Below, in pieces: positions 9,653 through 19,848 of a stretch of DNA of 64,000 nucleotides. The stretch is from Candidatus Eiseniibacteriota bacterium (lineage in GTDB: Bacteria > Eisenbacteria > RBG-16-71-46 > CAIMUX01 > VGJL01), in NCBI GenBank assembly GCA_041946735.1, contig JBHGAY010000020.1, positions 32,001 through 96,000 of the forward strand. The letters run 5' to 3'. Below the pieces are notes generated by a model. It had not been told where the DNA came from and searched no databases. It saw only the letters and a list, made by a program, of their open reading frames with translations. The stretch's first letter is position 1. Every line of letters begins with the position of its first letter. Position numbers and translations under genes: made by a program.

Positions 9653-9681
9653 ATGCTATCCACCACCCCGACGGGTGTCAA
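9653..9681 (-). promoter_or_regulatory. sigma70 promoter for the outer-membrane cluster
   Basis: Minus strand TTGACA-N17-TAGCAT (perfect -35, optimal spacing). Confidence 0.7.
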
Positions 9682-9768
9682 TCGGCGAATCCCCCGGAGG
9701 CGTCCGGTCCCGCTGCCTGCAACCACCGATCGATCCACGGTTTCGACCGGCTGCCGGACGGCCGGTCG

Positions 9769-11139
9769 TCAATGTCCCGCCGGCTCCCAGCGAACTTGAG
9801 GGAACCGCGCCAGCTCGGCGCGGAAGATCCCCTCGATCTCCCCCAGCTCTTCAGGTGTCCGCGACTCGAACCTCAGAACCAGGACCGCCTGCGTGTTCGA
9901 AGCCCGCAGCAGCCCCCATCCGCGGCCGATCCTCGCCCGGACGCCGTCGATCGTAAGGACCGGGTAGCGGGCGCCGAGGGCGCGGGCCACTTCCTCGACC
10001 ACCTGGAACTTCGACTCGTCCGGACAGGAGATTCGCACCTCGGGGCTGTTGACGTAGGCGGGCAGGTCAAGGCGCATCTGCGAGAGCTTGCGGTCGGAGC
10101 GGGAGAGGATCGAGGCGAAGAGGGCCGAGGCGTAGATCGCGTCGTCATGCCCGTAGAAGTTCTCGCTGAAGAAGATGTGCCCCGACATCTCCCCCGCCAG
10201 GAGCGCGCGCTCCTCCCGCATCTTCGCCTTGGTCAGGGAATGGCCGGTCTTCCACAGGATCGGCTCTCCGCCGTGCGCCCGGATGTCCTCCTCGAGCCCC
10301 TGGGAGCACTTCACGTCGAAGATCACCTTCGCCCCCGGATGGCGGGTGAGGAGATCGCGCGCGAAAAGGGCGAGCAGCTGGTCGCCGAAGAGGAGGTGCC
10401 CGGTCTCGTCGACCACCCCGATCCGATCGGCGTCGCCGTCGTAGCCGATTCCGAGATCCGCCTTCTCCTGCACGACCCGCTCGCAGAGCTCCTTCATGTA
10501 GGCGGGGACCGTCGGGTCCGGCTGGTGATTCGGGAAGCGCCCATCCGGCTCCCCGTAGAGGACCAGGGTCTCGTGGCCCAGGCGCCGGAAGATCTCCGGC
10601 GCCGCGAGGCCGGCGCAACCGTTGCCCGCATCGAGGACCACCTTGAGAGGACGGACCGGCCGGCAGCGATCGACGACCATCGCGCGATAGTCGGGGAGCA
10701 GATCGACGTCGCGCGCCTTCCCCTGCCCCGCGGCGAACCTTCCCTGCTCGATCCGCTCCAGCAATGCGCGGATCTCGTCGCCGTAGAGCGAGGCGGCACC
10801 GAGGTTCATCTTGAAGCCGTTCTGGTCCGGAGGATTGTGGGAACCGGTGATCATCACCCCGCCGTCGGAGCGCTCGCGGTGGATGCCGTAGTAGAGCACC
10901 GGCGTGGGGACGACTCCGACGCGCGTGACGTCGATGCCGGTCTCGAGGAGTCCGCGGCCGAACGCGGCGCAGAGCCGCGGTGAGCTCTCGCGAATGTCCC
11001 AGCCCATCAAGCAGGTCTTCGCCCCGGCTTCGCGAAGGCGGCTCCCGAACGCGCGGGCGACCTGCTCCGCCACCGAGTCGGTCAGATCCTGCTCGGCGAC
11101 CCCGCGGACGTCGTACTCGCGGAAGATGTAACGGTTCAA
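9769..11139 (-). CDS. Phosphomannomutase/phosphoglucomutase
   Basis: IFREYDVRG; catalytic ITGSHNP; metal loop YDGDADR; GEMSGH. Confidence 0.95.
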   Translation of the reverse strand: MNRYIFREYDVRGVAEQDLTDSVAEQVARAFGSRLREAGAKTCLMGWDIRESSPRLCAAFGRGLLETGIDVTRVGVVPTPVLYYGIHRERSDGGVMITGSHNPPDQNGFKMNLGAASLYGDEIRALLERIEQGRFAAGQGKARDVDLLPDYRAMVVDRCRPVRPLKVVLDAGNGCAGLAAPEIFRRLGHETLVLYGEPDGRFPNHQPDPTVPAYMKELCERVVQEKADLGIGYDGDADRIGVVDETGHLLFGDQLLALFARDLLTRHPGAKVIFDVKCSQGLEEDIRAHGGEPILWKTGHSLTKAKMREERALLAGEMSGHIFFSENFYGHDDAIYASALFASILSRSDRKLSQMRLDLPAYVNSPEVRISCPDESKFQVVEEVARALGARYPVLTIDGVRARIGRGWGLLRASNTQAVLVLRFESRTPEELGEIEGIFRAELARFPQVRWEPAGH

Positions 11140-11147
11140 GATCCCTC

Positions 11148-12282
11148 CTACCCTTTCGCCTCGCGCCGGTCGGCGCGGGTGGCGGGCCGGCTCCGGCTAC
11201 GGAGCCACGCATCGATGAATGGATTGAGATCCCCGTCCATGACCGCCTGCACGTCGGAGGTTTCCTGCTCCGTCCGGTGGTCCTTGACGAGCGTGTAGGG
11301 ATGGAACACGTAGGAGCGGATCTGGCTGCCGAAGGCGATCTCGCGCTTGCCTTCCTCGAGATGGTTGAGCTTCTTGCGCTCCTCCTCGCGGTAATGCATG
11401 AACAGGCGCGCGCGCAGGATCCGCATCGCGTGGTCGCGGTTGCGGTGCTGCGAGCGCTCCGCTTGCGACTGCACGACGATCCCGGTCGGCAGATGCGTGA
11501 TCCTCACGGCGGAATCGGTCTTGTTCACGTGCTGGCCGCCGGCGCCGCTCGCGCGGAACGTGTCGATGCGCAGATCCTCCTCTCGGATCTCCACGTCGGT
11601 CAGCTCGTCGACCTGGGGAAGGATGTGGATCGAGGCGAAGGAGGTGTGCCGGCGCTTGGAAGCGTCGAACGGCGAGATCCGGACCAGGCGGTGCACGCCG
11701 CTCTCCGACTGGAGGTATCCGTAGGCGTACTCCCCCTGGACCTCGATCGTGGCGTCCTTGATCCCCGCCTCTTCGCCTTCCTGATAGTCGAGGAGGGAGA
11801 CCTTGAAGCCGTTCTCCTCCGACCAGCGCATGTACATCCGAAGGAGCATCTCGGCCCAGTCCTGGCTCTCGGTGCCGCCCGCGCCCGGGTGGATCGCCAG
11901 CACGGCGTCGTGCGCGTCCAGCTCGTCGGCGAAGAAGGAGGTCAGCTCGAATCCGGCCAGCTCGCGCTCGAGCTTCCGGGCCGTCTGGATCGACTCCGCC
12001 TCGGCCTCGGGATCGCCCAGCTCGGCGGCCAGGTCGGCAAGGGTCTCCAGGTCCTCGTAGACCTTCTGGATCTCCTCCCAGCGATTCACCTGGGCGCGCG
12101 CGCCCTTCAGCCTCTGGATCCGCTCCCGCGCTTCGTTCGGCTTGTCCCAGAAACCGGCGGCCGCCATCTCCTCTTCGAGGTGTCCGATCTGCGCGCGCTT
12201 GCCGTCCAGATCAAAGGAAGCTCCGTAGGTGATCGAGCTTCAACCGACTCTCTTCGAGGATCTGACGGACATCGATCGCCAT
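11148..12282 (-). CDS. prfB: Peptide chain release factor 2, with programmed +1 frameshift
   Basis: SPF anticodon motif and GAGGQHVNKT. ORF1 from ATG at 12282 (MAIDVRQILEESRLKLDHLRSFL) ends CTT TGA at 12216-12211; the +1 frame continues DLDGKRAQIGHLEEEMAAAGFWD. Confidence 0.95.
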
Positions 12283-12333
12283 GATGGCAAACTCTCCCTT
12301 CGCCAGTCGGGATTCCCCGGGCGGCGTGCCGGC

Positions 12334-12939
12334 TCAGACGTCCGGCCGGTTCAACCTCTCCCAGAGCCGCTCGGCGCGGCGCTCCAGTTCGGCGCGGTCT
12401 CCCTGGTTTTCGATCACCTCGTCGGCCGCGCGGAGGAACTCCTCCTCGGGCCTCTGGCTCGCGAGGCGCCGGCGCGCGGCCGGCTCGGACAGTCCCTTGC
12501 GCTTCAGGCGCTGGACCGACGTTTCTTCGTCACAACGGACGACGACGATCCGATCGAGCGGGATGCGTGCCGTCCAGTCGAGGAGCAGGGCGGCATCGAT
12601 CAGGACCATAGCAACGTCCCCGCGGGCCCGCAAGGCAGCCACCCTCTCTTCGAGGCGCGCGACGATCCAGGGATGAACGATCGCATCGAGCGCGTCGAGC
12701 GCGTCCCGGTCGCCGAAGACGAGGTCGCCGAGGCGCGCGCGGTCGATCTCGCCGCCGGGCCCCAGGATCCCGGATCCGAAGCGGGCGACGATTCGCGCGC
12801 GGACGCCGGGATCGAGGCGGAGCGCATCATGGCCGAGCCGGTCCGCGTCGAGGACGGCGCAGCCGGGATGGCGCGCGAGGATTGCGCACAGCTCGCTCTT
12901 GCCGCAGCCGGTCCGCCCGGTAACGCCGATCACCTTCAT
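12334..12939 (-). CDS. coaE: Dephospho-CoA kinase
   Basis: MKVIGVTGRTGCGKS P-loop, DADRLGH, IVHP. An alternative TTG start at 13002 overlaps the polA stop. Confidence 0.9.
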   Translation of the reverse strand: MKVIGVTGRTGCGKSELCAILARHPGCAVLDADRLGHDALRLDPGVRARIVARFGSGILGPGGEIDRARLGDLVFGDRDALDALDAIVHPWIVARLEERVAALRARGDVAMVLIDAALLLDWTARIPLDRIVVVRCDEETSVQRLKRKGLSEPAARRRLASQRPEEEFLRAADEVIENQGDRAELERRAERLWERLNRPDV

Positions 12940-12998
12940 CGGCTTGGGCTGGGGCTGCGATGGCGACGGCGAGGGCGGGGGCGGGGGCGACGCGCCGG

Positions 12999-15731
12999 TC
13001 AACCGTGCGCCTCGTCCCAGCTCGCGCCGGCGCCGAGATCGACGTGCAGCGGAACGGCCATGGGATGCGCGGACTCCATCGCCTCGCGCACGAGCGCTCC
13101 GGCCTCCGGTCGCTCCTCCTTCGGCCCTTCGAGCAGCAGCTCGTCGTGCACCTGCAGGATGAGCCGCGTCTTCATCCTTCGCGCCCGCAGCGCCTCTCGC
13201 GCGCGCAGCATCGCCACTTTGATCAGATCGGCGGCCGAGCCTTGGATCGGCGCGTTCGCCGCGATCCTCTCCGCCTGAGCGCGCGCCCGCGCGTCGGTCG
13301 ATCGCAGCGAGGGAAGATAGCGCCGGCGGCCGAGGATCGTCGTGACGTAGCCTTCCCGCCTCGCCCGTTCGAGGCTCTCCTGCAGGTAGCCGCGCACGCC
13401 GGGCATCTTCGCGAAGTACTGCTCGATGAAGGTGCGCGCCTCGGCGAGCGGGATCCCCATCTCGCGCGAGAGCCTCTGTGGGCCCATCCCGTAGAGGACG
13501 CCGAAGTTCACGATCTTCGCGCGCGCTCGCAGGATCGGATCGACCGACTCGGGGGGCACGTCGAAGATCCGGGCGGCCGTCGCCCGGTGAATGTCCTGAC
13601 CCTCCCGGAACGCGGCGATCAGCGCCGGATCGCCGGAGAGATGGGCGAGGACGCGCAGCTCGATCTGCGAGTAGTCGGCCGAGAGCAGCACGTCGCCGGC
13701 GGTTTGCGGGACGAACGCCCGCCGGATCTTCCTCCCCTGCGCCGAGCGGATCGGGATGTTCTGCAGGTTCGGGTCGCTGGAGGAGAGGCGGCCGGTGGCG
13801 GCGACGGTCTGATGGAAGCGGGCGTGGATCCGTCCCGTCACCGGGTCGATCAGCTTCGGGAGCGTTTCTACATAAGTGGAGCGCAGCTTCATGGTCTGCC
13901 GGTACTCGAGAACCGCGCGCGCGATCGGCTGCTCCGCGGCCAGATCCTCGAGCACCTGCTGGTCGGTCGAGTAGCCGGTCTTCGTCCGGCGACCACGCGC
14001 GAGCTTCAGCCGCTGGAACAGGATCTCGCCGAGCTGCTGCGGCGAGTTGATGTTGAACTCGGTGCCGGCCAGGCGGAACACCTCCGCCTCCTGCCTCGCC
14101 AGATCCTCCGCGAGCTCCTTCGAGAGGACGGCCAGCTGCGCGGCATCGACATGCACCCCCGCCTCCTCCATCTCGTAGAGCACGCGGAGCAGGGGCTCCT
14201 CCACCTTCTCGAGCAGCTCGGCCTGCCCGCGATCCTCGAGGGAGCGGAGCAGATCGGAGCGGAGGCGCAGCGCGAGGTCCGCCTCCTCGGCGGCGAAGTC
14301 GCGCGCGCGATCGACCGGCAGGCGGTCGAAGAGGACCGCCAGACGCCCGGACCCGAGCAGCTCCTTCAGCTGCATCCGGCGATGGCCGAGCCGCTCCAGG
14401 GAGAGGGTCGACAGGTCCGGGGTCCGGTCGGGATCGAGCAGGTAGGCGGCGAGGTCGACGTCGAACAGCTTCCCCTTCACCTCGATCCCGGCGGCGGCGA
14501 GCGCGTGCAGGTCGCTCTTCAGCGCCTCCCCCACCTTCTCCACCGCCGGATCGGCGAGCAGCGGGCCGAGCAGGCGCCGCACCTCCTCGAGAGGGACGTT
14601 CGTGTCGCACGCCTGCGAGACCGGGACGTAGTACGCCTCCCCCTCGCGCCACCCGAAGCCGATCCCCGCGAGCGGATCGCGCCGCGGGTCCTCTCCGGCC
14701 ACGGCAGCCTCGATCGCGAGGCACCGGGCGTCGAGACCGATTCCCGCGACCAGCTCGGCGAGCTTCTCCGCGCTTCCGACCGTCTCGTAACGGGCGGTCC
14801 AGGCGCGCGCCGGCTTCAGCCCGAGCGTCTCGATCATCTTGCGGAACTCGAGGCGCTGGAGCAGCTCCAGCAGCCCCTCGCACGAGGCGAGGTCGGGGAG
14901 CTCGTAGAGGGACAGATCGGCCTCGACCGGGAGAGAGACGTCGAGCCGGATCAGGTCGCGGCTCAGGAACGCGCTCTCCCGGTGAGCGCGCAGCTTCTCG
15001 CGCAGCGCCGGGCGCGGCACTTCCTCCAGACGGGCGTAGAGCGTGTCGAGGTCGCCGAACTGCCGGATCAGCTCGATCGCCGTCTTCTCGCCGACTCCCG
15101 GGACGCCGGGAACGTTGTCGACCGAATCGCCGACGAGCGCGAGGACGTCGAGCACGCGGGGCGGATCGACCCCCCAGCGTTCCCGCACCTCCGCGGGACC
15201 GAGCAGCACGAAGTCGCCGGCGCCTCGCGGCGGCACCCACTGCAGCAGGCCCGGGCGAAGCAGCTGGTGAAAATCCTTGTCGGCCGAGACGATCCGAACC
15301 TCGTGGCCGCCGGCGTGGACGGCAAGCGCCAGGCTCGCGATCAGATCGTCCGCCTCGATCCCTCCGCGCTCGACGATCGGGATGCGGAGCGTGTCGATCA
15401 GCTCCCGCACGATCGGCAGCTGCTCGGCCAGATCGTCAGGGAGCGACGGACGGTTCGCCTTGTACGCCTCGTAGCGGTGATGCCGCACCGTCTTGCCCCT
15501 GCCATCCATCGCAATCGCCGCGAAACGCGCCTTCTCCGGACCGATCAACGTGAAGAGGGTCTGCGCGAAGCCGAAGACCGCGCTCACGTTCTTCCCCTTG
15601 GAGGTGAGGAGCGGGTTGCGAACGAACGCGAAGTGGGACCGATAGACGAGGGCGGAGCCGTCGATCAGGAACAGGGCCGGCTTCGGATCCGCTTTGGGCG
15701 AACGCTCCCGGGATCCCGCGGATTCAGGCAT
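12999..15731 (-). CDS. polA: DNA polymerase I
   Basis: LIDGSALVYRSHFA 5'-exonuclease; TGRLSSSDPNLQNIP, ADYSQIELR, LQVHDEL. Confidence 0.97.
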   Translation of the reverse strand: MPESAGSRERSPKADPKPALFLIDGSALVYRSHFAFVRNPLLTSKGKNVSAVFGFAQTLFTLIGPEKARFAAIAMDGRGKTVRHHRYEAYKANRPSLPDDLAEQLPIVRELIDTLRIPIVERGGIEADDLIASLALAVHAGGHEVRIVSADKDFHQLLRPGLLQWVPPRGAGDFVLLGPAEVRERWGVDPPRVLDVLALVGDSVDNVPGVPGVGEKTAIELIRQFGDLDTLYARLEEVPRPALREKLRAHRESAFLSRDLIRLDVSLPVEADLSLYELPDLASCEGLLELLQRLEFRKMIETLGLKPARAWTARYETVGSAEKLAELVAGIGLDARCLAIEAAVAGEDPRRDPLAGIGFGWREGEAYYVPVSQACDTNVPLEEVRRLLGPLLADPAVEKVGEALKSDLHALAAAGIEVKGKLFDVDLAAYLLDPDRTPDLSTLSLERLGHRRMQLKELLGSGRLAVLFDRLPVDRARDFAAEEADLALRLRSDLLRSLEDRGQAELLEKVEEPLLRVLYEMEEAGVHVDAAQLAVLSKELAEDLARQEAEVFRLAGTEFNINSPQQLGEILFQRLKLARGRRTKTGYSTDQQVLEDLAAEQPIARAVLEYRQTMKLRSTYVETLPKLIDPVTGRIHARFHQTVAATGRLSSSDPNLQNIPIRSAQGRKIRRAFVPQTAGDVLLSADYSQIELRVLAHLSGDPALIAAFREGQDIHRATAARIFDVPPESVDPILRARAKIVNFGVLYGMGPQRLSREMGIPLAEARTFIEQYFAKMPGVRGYLQESLERARREGYVTTILGRRRYLPSLRSTDARARAQAERIAANAPIQGSAADLIKVAMLRAREALRARRMKTRLILQVHDELLLEGPKEERPEAGALVREAMESAHPMAVPLHVDLGAGASWDEAHG

Positions 15732-16374
15732 CGGACGATCCTTCGTCACCGCGGCCGGCCGCCGGCGAGTCTGTCTCTCCAGGGCCGTCCGTGTAGGGCG
15801 AGCCCGGCCCGAGGAACGGGAGAATCTCCGCCGGCACCATTTCCGCCACGGAGAGCCCGAGTCGCAGCCGCGAGCGGATCCAGGTCGAGGAGAGCCCGCA
15901 GAGCGGGCCGTCGATCCATCGGATGCGCGCGCCCGCGGGCATCGTATCGGCGCGAGCCGGCAGCGACCCCGGCCGGCCGTACACACCGATGCCGGCGAGC
16001 CGCGTGATCTCCCCCGGGCTCCTCCACGTTCCCAGCTCGCGCAGCGAGTCTTCGCCCAGCAGCAACCACAGATCGATTTCCGCGCCGGTCTCCTCGCGGA
16101 GCGCGCGAAGGGTGTCGACCGTGAAGGAGGGACGGCTCGCGTCCGCCTCACGGTCGGAAGCGACGAGCCCCGGCCGGGACGCGGCGACGCGCCGGAGCAT
16201 CTCGAGACGCATCGGATAGGGAGCGACGTTGCCGCTCGACTTGTGCGGCGGGACCGCGGCCGGGATCAGCAGGACCTGCTCGAGATCGAGCTGCTCGCGA
16301 GCGAGGAGGGCGATCCAGAGGTGGCCGAGGTGGGGGGGATCGAAGCTCCCGCCGAGGATCCCCCAGCGCCTCAC
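15724..16374 (-). CDS. nadD: Nicotinate-nucleotide adenylyltransferase
   Basis: GGSFDPPHLGH, PPHK, SSTWIR; GTG start overlaps the bamD stop (GTGA). Confidence 0.92.
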   Translation of the reverse strand: MRRWGILGGSFDPPHLGHLWIALLAREQLDLEQVLLIPAAVPPHKSSGNVAPYPMRLEMLRRVAASRPGLVASDREADASRPSFTVDTLRALREETGAEIDLWLLLGEDSLRELGTWRSPGEITRLAGIGVYGRPGSLPARADTMPAGARIRWIDGPLCGLSSTWIRSRLRLGLSVAEMVPAEILPFLGPGSPYTDGPGETDSPAAGRGDEGSSDA

Positions 16375-17225
16375 GGGGTGCCTCCCGATGCGTTTCGTGC
16401 GGCGAGAGACCGGAGGCGCTGCTCCGCCTCCGCCTTGAGGCCACGAAGGTCCGAATCGCGCGCGATCCGCTCGGGCGTCGCATACTCGAGAAGCCGCTCC
16501 CAGGCCTTGCGCGCCTCGGGCCATTCCCCGAGCCGCTCCTCGTTGCGCGCGAGCATCGCGAGAGCGTCGCCCGCCCGCCCGAAGTCCGGCTTCATCTCGA
16601 GCGCCTTGTTGAGGTAGAGGATCGCGCCCCGCGGCTTGTCGAGCCGCTGGTAGGTGATCGCGTTCAGGTAGGCCTTCCTCGCGAGCTTCTCCGTCGCCTG
16701 GTCGATGCCGGCCCGCACGAGATCCGCGAACGATCCGTTGGGATAGCGGACGAGATAGGCGCGGAGCAGGCTGAGCGCGTTCTCGGTGCTCTCCGGATCG
16801 TAAGCCGGCCCGAGCGACTCATCGAGATAACTCTCCGCAAGCCGGTACTCCGCCTCCTCGCGCAGCGGGGACTGCGGAAAGTCTCGGATCAAACGGTCGT
16901 AGCGCTCGGCCGCGAGCAGGTTCTCGCCGAGGTTCTGGTGCGCCCGGCCGAGAAGGAAGAGGACCTGGTCGAGCTGGCTCGACCCCGGGTGGGCATCGAG
17001 GAAGGCGGTCAGCTTCTCGACCGCGCGCGTGTAGTCCCCCCGCTCGAACGCCTCGCGTCCCGGCGCCAACTCCGCGTCGGAGCTGGGCAGCGTCTCGATC
17101 CGCGGCGCGCTCCCTCCACACCCGAGGACGGCGAGCAGGACGAGCGGGAGCGCACGGCGCAGCCACGAGAGCGCCGCCCGCGAAGGAAGGCGGATGCGCT
17201 TCGACCGGCCGCTCGAACCTCTCAC
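16371..17225 (-). CDS. bamD: Outer membrane protein assembly factor BamD
   Basis: GTG start after GGAGGAGG; lipobox AVLGC; TPR helices with FPQS and YPNGSF loops. Confidence 0.85.
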   Translation of the reverse strand: MRGSSGRSKRIRLPSRAALSWLRRALPLVLLAVLGCGGSAPRIETLPSSDAELAPGREAFERGDYTRAVEKLTAFLDAHPGSSQLDQVLFLLGRAHQNLGENLLAAERYDRLIRDFPQSPLREEAEYRLAESYLDESLGPAYDPESTENALSLLRAYLVRYPNGSFADLVRAGIDQATEKLARKAYLNAITYQRLDKPRGAILYLNKALEMKPDFGRAGDALAMLARNEERLGEWPEARKAWERLLEYATPERIARDSDLRGLKAEAEQRLRSLAARNASGGTP

Positions 17226-17335
17226 GCGTTCCTCCTCCTGGCTCCTGCCCCTGCTCCTGCTCCTCGTTCCGCGCGCCACGCCCCGCGCCCCACGATCCGT
17301 CTTTGCTGTCCCGCGCTCCTCGTCCTGCTGCGGCT

Positions 17336-18490
17336 CTAGTTCTGATTCTGATAGAAGAGGTAGACGAGGCTCGAGACGATCGCGACTACTGCGAGTGGCT
17401 CGACGTACCTCCCGAGACGAAGCGGCGGGACCTCCGGCTTCGCGAACGGATAGTTCGCCCCCTCGGCGAGCATGCGGGACCGGCCGGACAGTCGATCTTC
17501 GAAATGGCTCTGTCCGCTCGCCACATCGAGAATCTTCCCCTCCGGCCCGTCGATCCGCGAGGCCGTGATGTAGACACCGCCGATCCGATGCACCGTCGCG
17601 TCTCCGAAGAGCAGGAAGCGGCGCCGGAACGTGGGATAGTCGACGCCGAACTCGAGCACCTTGAACTCGATCACCGGCCCCTCGGGATAGACGACGACCG
17701 GCTGCGTCGGCTGGGCTGGCGCCGCTCCCCCGCTCCCGTTCGCCCCGTTGCCTCCCGAGCCTCGCGAGCCGCCCGGGCCGCCCGGGCCGCCGGGACCGCT
17801 GGTCCCGCCAGGTCCGCTTCCCGTCTCGCCGGTGGCTCCCGGCTCCGGCTCGCCTGCGGGCCCGGTCGAGCCGCCCGGCTCTGTCGAACCGGTCGAGCCG
17901 CCGGAGCCGGTCGAGCCCCCGCTCGATCCGTCGCCGAAGTCGTTGGCCGGGTTCGCCTCGTTCTGGGGCGTGTCGCCCGAGTCGAGAGAGCTGCCATCCG
18001 GCTGAGCGCCGAGCGAATCCGGATTCACGGCGGTGGTGTCGCCGGGCGCCGGCTCGGCGAAGGGATTCCAGGGCGTCTCCTCTGGAGGAGGGGCCTCCTC
18101 GCCCGCAGGCTTCTCCGCCTCGGCAGGCGTCTCGACGACGGGAGCCGCAGCCGTGACCGGAGCCATGCGGCGCACCTGGCACCGCCGCCGCGCCAGCGCG
18201 CGCGCGAAGGCGTCGCTCACGAAGTCGCTCGCGTCGCTATGGCCCGCCGGCAGGACCGTGATCTCCTCGCCAGGCCGTACGTCGAGGCTGTCGAGGATCT
18301 GATCGACCGCGTCGCCGGTGAGGCGGTCGAGAAGCCCGAGGTTCGTGAGAAACGTCTCGCTCTCGCCGCTCCCGGGGCCCGAGCCCGGCTCGGCGCCGGC
18401 GATCCCGGCGGCGGACGCCGTCGCCAGCAGCCACCCCAGCGCGGCGAGGAACGGAAGGTGCAAACAGGGTCTGCGGAGCATCGTCTTCAC
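17336..18490 (-). CDS. Conserved-looking hypothetical exported protein with Gly/Ser/Pro-rich insert and C-terminal TM segment
   Basis: GTG overlaps the rimO stop; signal peptide; C-terminal EPLAVVAIVSSLVYLFY. Confidence 0.7.
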   Translation of the reverse strand: MKTMLRRPCLHLPFLAALGWLLATASAAGIAGAEPGSGPGSGESETFLTNLGLLDRLTGDAVDQILDSLDVRPGEEITVLPAGHSDASDFVSDAFARALARRRCQVRRMAPVTAAAPVVETPAEAEKPAGEEAPPPEETPWNPFAEPAPGDTTAVNPDSLGAQPDGSSLDSGDTPQNEANPANDFGDGSSGGSTGSGGSTGSTEPGGSTGPAGEPEPGATGETGSGPGGTSGPGGPGGPGGSRGSGGNGANGSGGAAPAQPTQPVVVYPEGPVIEFKVLEFGVDYPTFRRRFLLFGDATVHRIGGVYITASRIDGPEGKILDVASGQSHFEDRLSGRSRMLAEGANYPFAKPEVPPLRLGRYVEPLAVVAIVSSLVYLFYQNQN

Positions 18491-19848
18491 GGCCTCTCCC
18501 CCGGGCGCGCCACCGGTCGCGCGCTCAGATCGTACGGGCCCGCCGAGACGACCTCCGCCTCGACGAACTCGCCCGCTCGGGGCGACCATCCGTCGCCCGC
18601 CCTCAGGCGTGTCACGCCATCGACCTCGGGCGCCTGTCCGGCATGCCTGCCGACCCAGACCCCGGGCTTCTCGCTGCGATCCAAGAGAACCTCCACTCTC
18701 CGTCCCTTCCACGCGACATGCCGCCGGACGGAGGCCTCCCGTTGCGCGGCCAGGATCCCGCGCCGGCGCTGCTCCCGCAAGCGAAGGGGCAGCTGCCCTT
18801 CCATCGCCCCGGCGACCGTCCCCTCTTCCGTGCTGTAGGCGAAGACACCGAGGTGATCGAACCCGAAGGAGCGCACGAATGCCAGCATCTCCTCGTGCTC
18901 CTCCTGGGTCTCGCCCGGGAATCCGCTGATCAGGGTCGTCCGGAGCGCGATGCCCGGAACCTCCGCGCGGAATCGCTCGAGCAGGCGGACCGTCGAGCCG
19001 AACGGCGGCCGTCGCATGCGTCGAAGGATCCTTTCGGAAACGTGCTGGATCGGCATGTCGAGATAGGGCGCCAGCCGCGGCAGGTCCCGGAAGCACCGGA
19101 TCAGGTCGGCCGTCCAGGGAGACGGGTACGCGTACAGCAACCGGATCCATCGTACCCCCTCGACCTCGTTCAGCGCTTCGAGCAGCCGAGGAAGAGAGGG
19201 CTTGCCGTCCAGATCGGCTCCCCATGCGGTCAGCTCCTGCGCGACCAGGTTCAGCTCGCGCACTCCGGAGCCGGCCAGCCGCCTCGCCTCCTCGACGATC
19301 GATTCGAGAGAGCGGCTGCGATGAGGGCCGCGTAGAGCGGGGATCACGCAGAACGCGCATGTGCGATCGCATCCTTCGGAGATCTTCACATACGCGCTGT
19401 GGGAGAGCTGCGAGACGACCCGCAGATCCCACCGCTCCTCGACGCGGTCGAAGCCCCCGAGGTGGATCCGGTCGCCGTCGGGCCCTTCGTCGAGCAGCGA
19501 GCGGAGGCGCGGAGCGAGGGAGTGCACCTCCCCGGGACCGACGATCATGTCGATCTCAGGGATCTCGCGCATCAGATCCCCCCCGTGGCGTTGCGCGAGG
19601 CAGCCGACCACGATCAGCCTCCTGCCGGGCCGGACGCGCTTGTGTTCCGCCATCTCGAGGATCGTGTCGATCGACTCCCGCTGCGACGCGGTCAGGAAGG
19701 CGCATGTGTTGACGATGATCGCGTCGGCCTCCGAAGGGTCGGCAGCGATCGCGATCCCTTGGTTCAGGATCTGTCCCGCGAGGAGATCGGTGTCGGCGAG
19801 ATTCTTTGCGCAGCCGAGGGTGACGACCGCGATCTTCGGGATCCTCAT
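18487..19848 (-). CDS. rimO: Ribosomal protein S12 methylthiotransferase
   Basis: LGCAKNLAD, NTCAF, radical SAM CDRTCAFC, TRAM domain ending QAPEVDG. Confidence 0.95.
   Translation of the reverse strand: MRIPKIAVVTLGCAKNLADTDLLAGQILNQGIAIAADPSEADAIIVNTCAFLTASQRESIDTILEMAEHKRVRPGRRLIVVGCLAQRHGGDLMREIPEIDMIVGPGEVHSLAPRLRSLLDEGPDGDRIHLGGFDRVEERWDLRVVSQLSHSAYVKISEGCDRTCAFCVIPALRGPHRSRSLESIVEEARRLAGSGVRELNLVAQELTAWGADLDGKPSLPRLLEALNEVEGVRWIRLLYAYPSPWTADLIRCFRDLPRLAPYLDMPIQHVSERILRRMRRPPFGSTVRLLERFRAEVPGIALRTTLISGFPGETQEEHEEMLAFVRSFGFDHLGVFAYSTEEGTVAGAMEGQLPLRLREQRRRGILAAQREASVRRHVAWKGRRVEVLLDRSEKPGVWVGRHAGQAPEVDGVTRLRAGDGWSPRAGEFVEAEVVSAGPYDLSARPVARPGERP

Noticed and set aside
11148..12282. prfB as a pseudogene
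   Set aside because: The in-frame stop lies at the canonical CTT-TGA programmed frameshift position.
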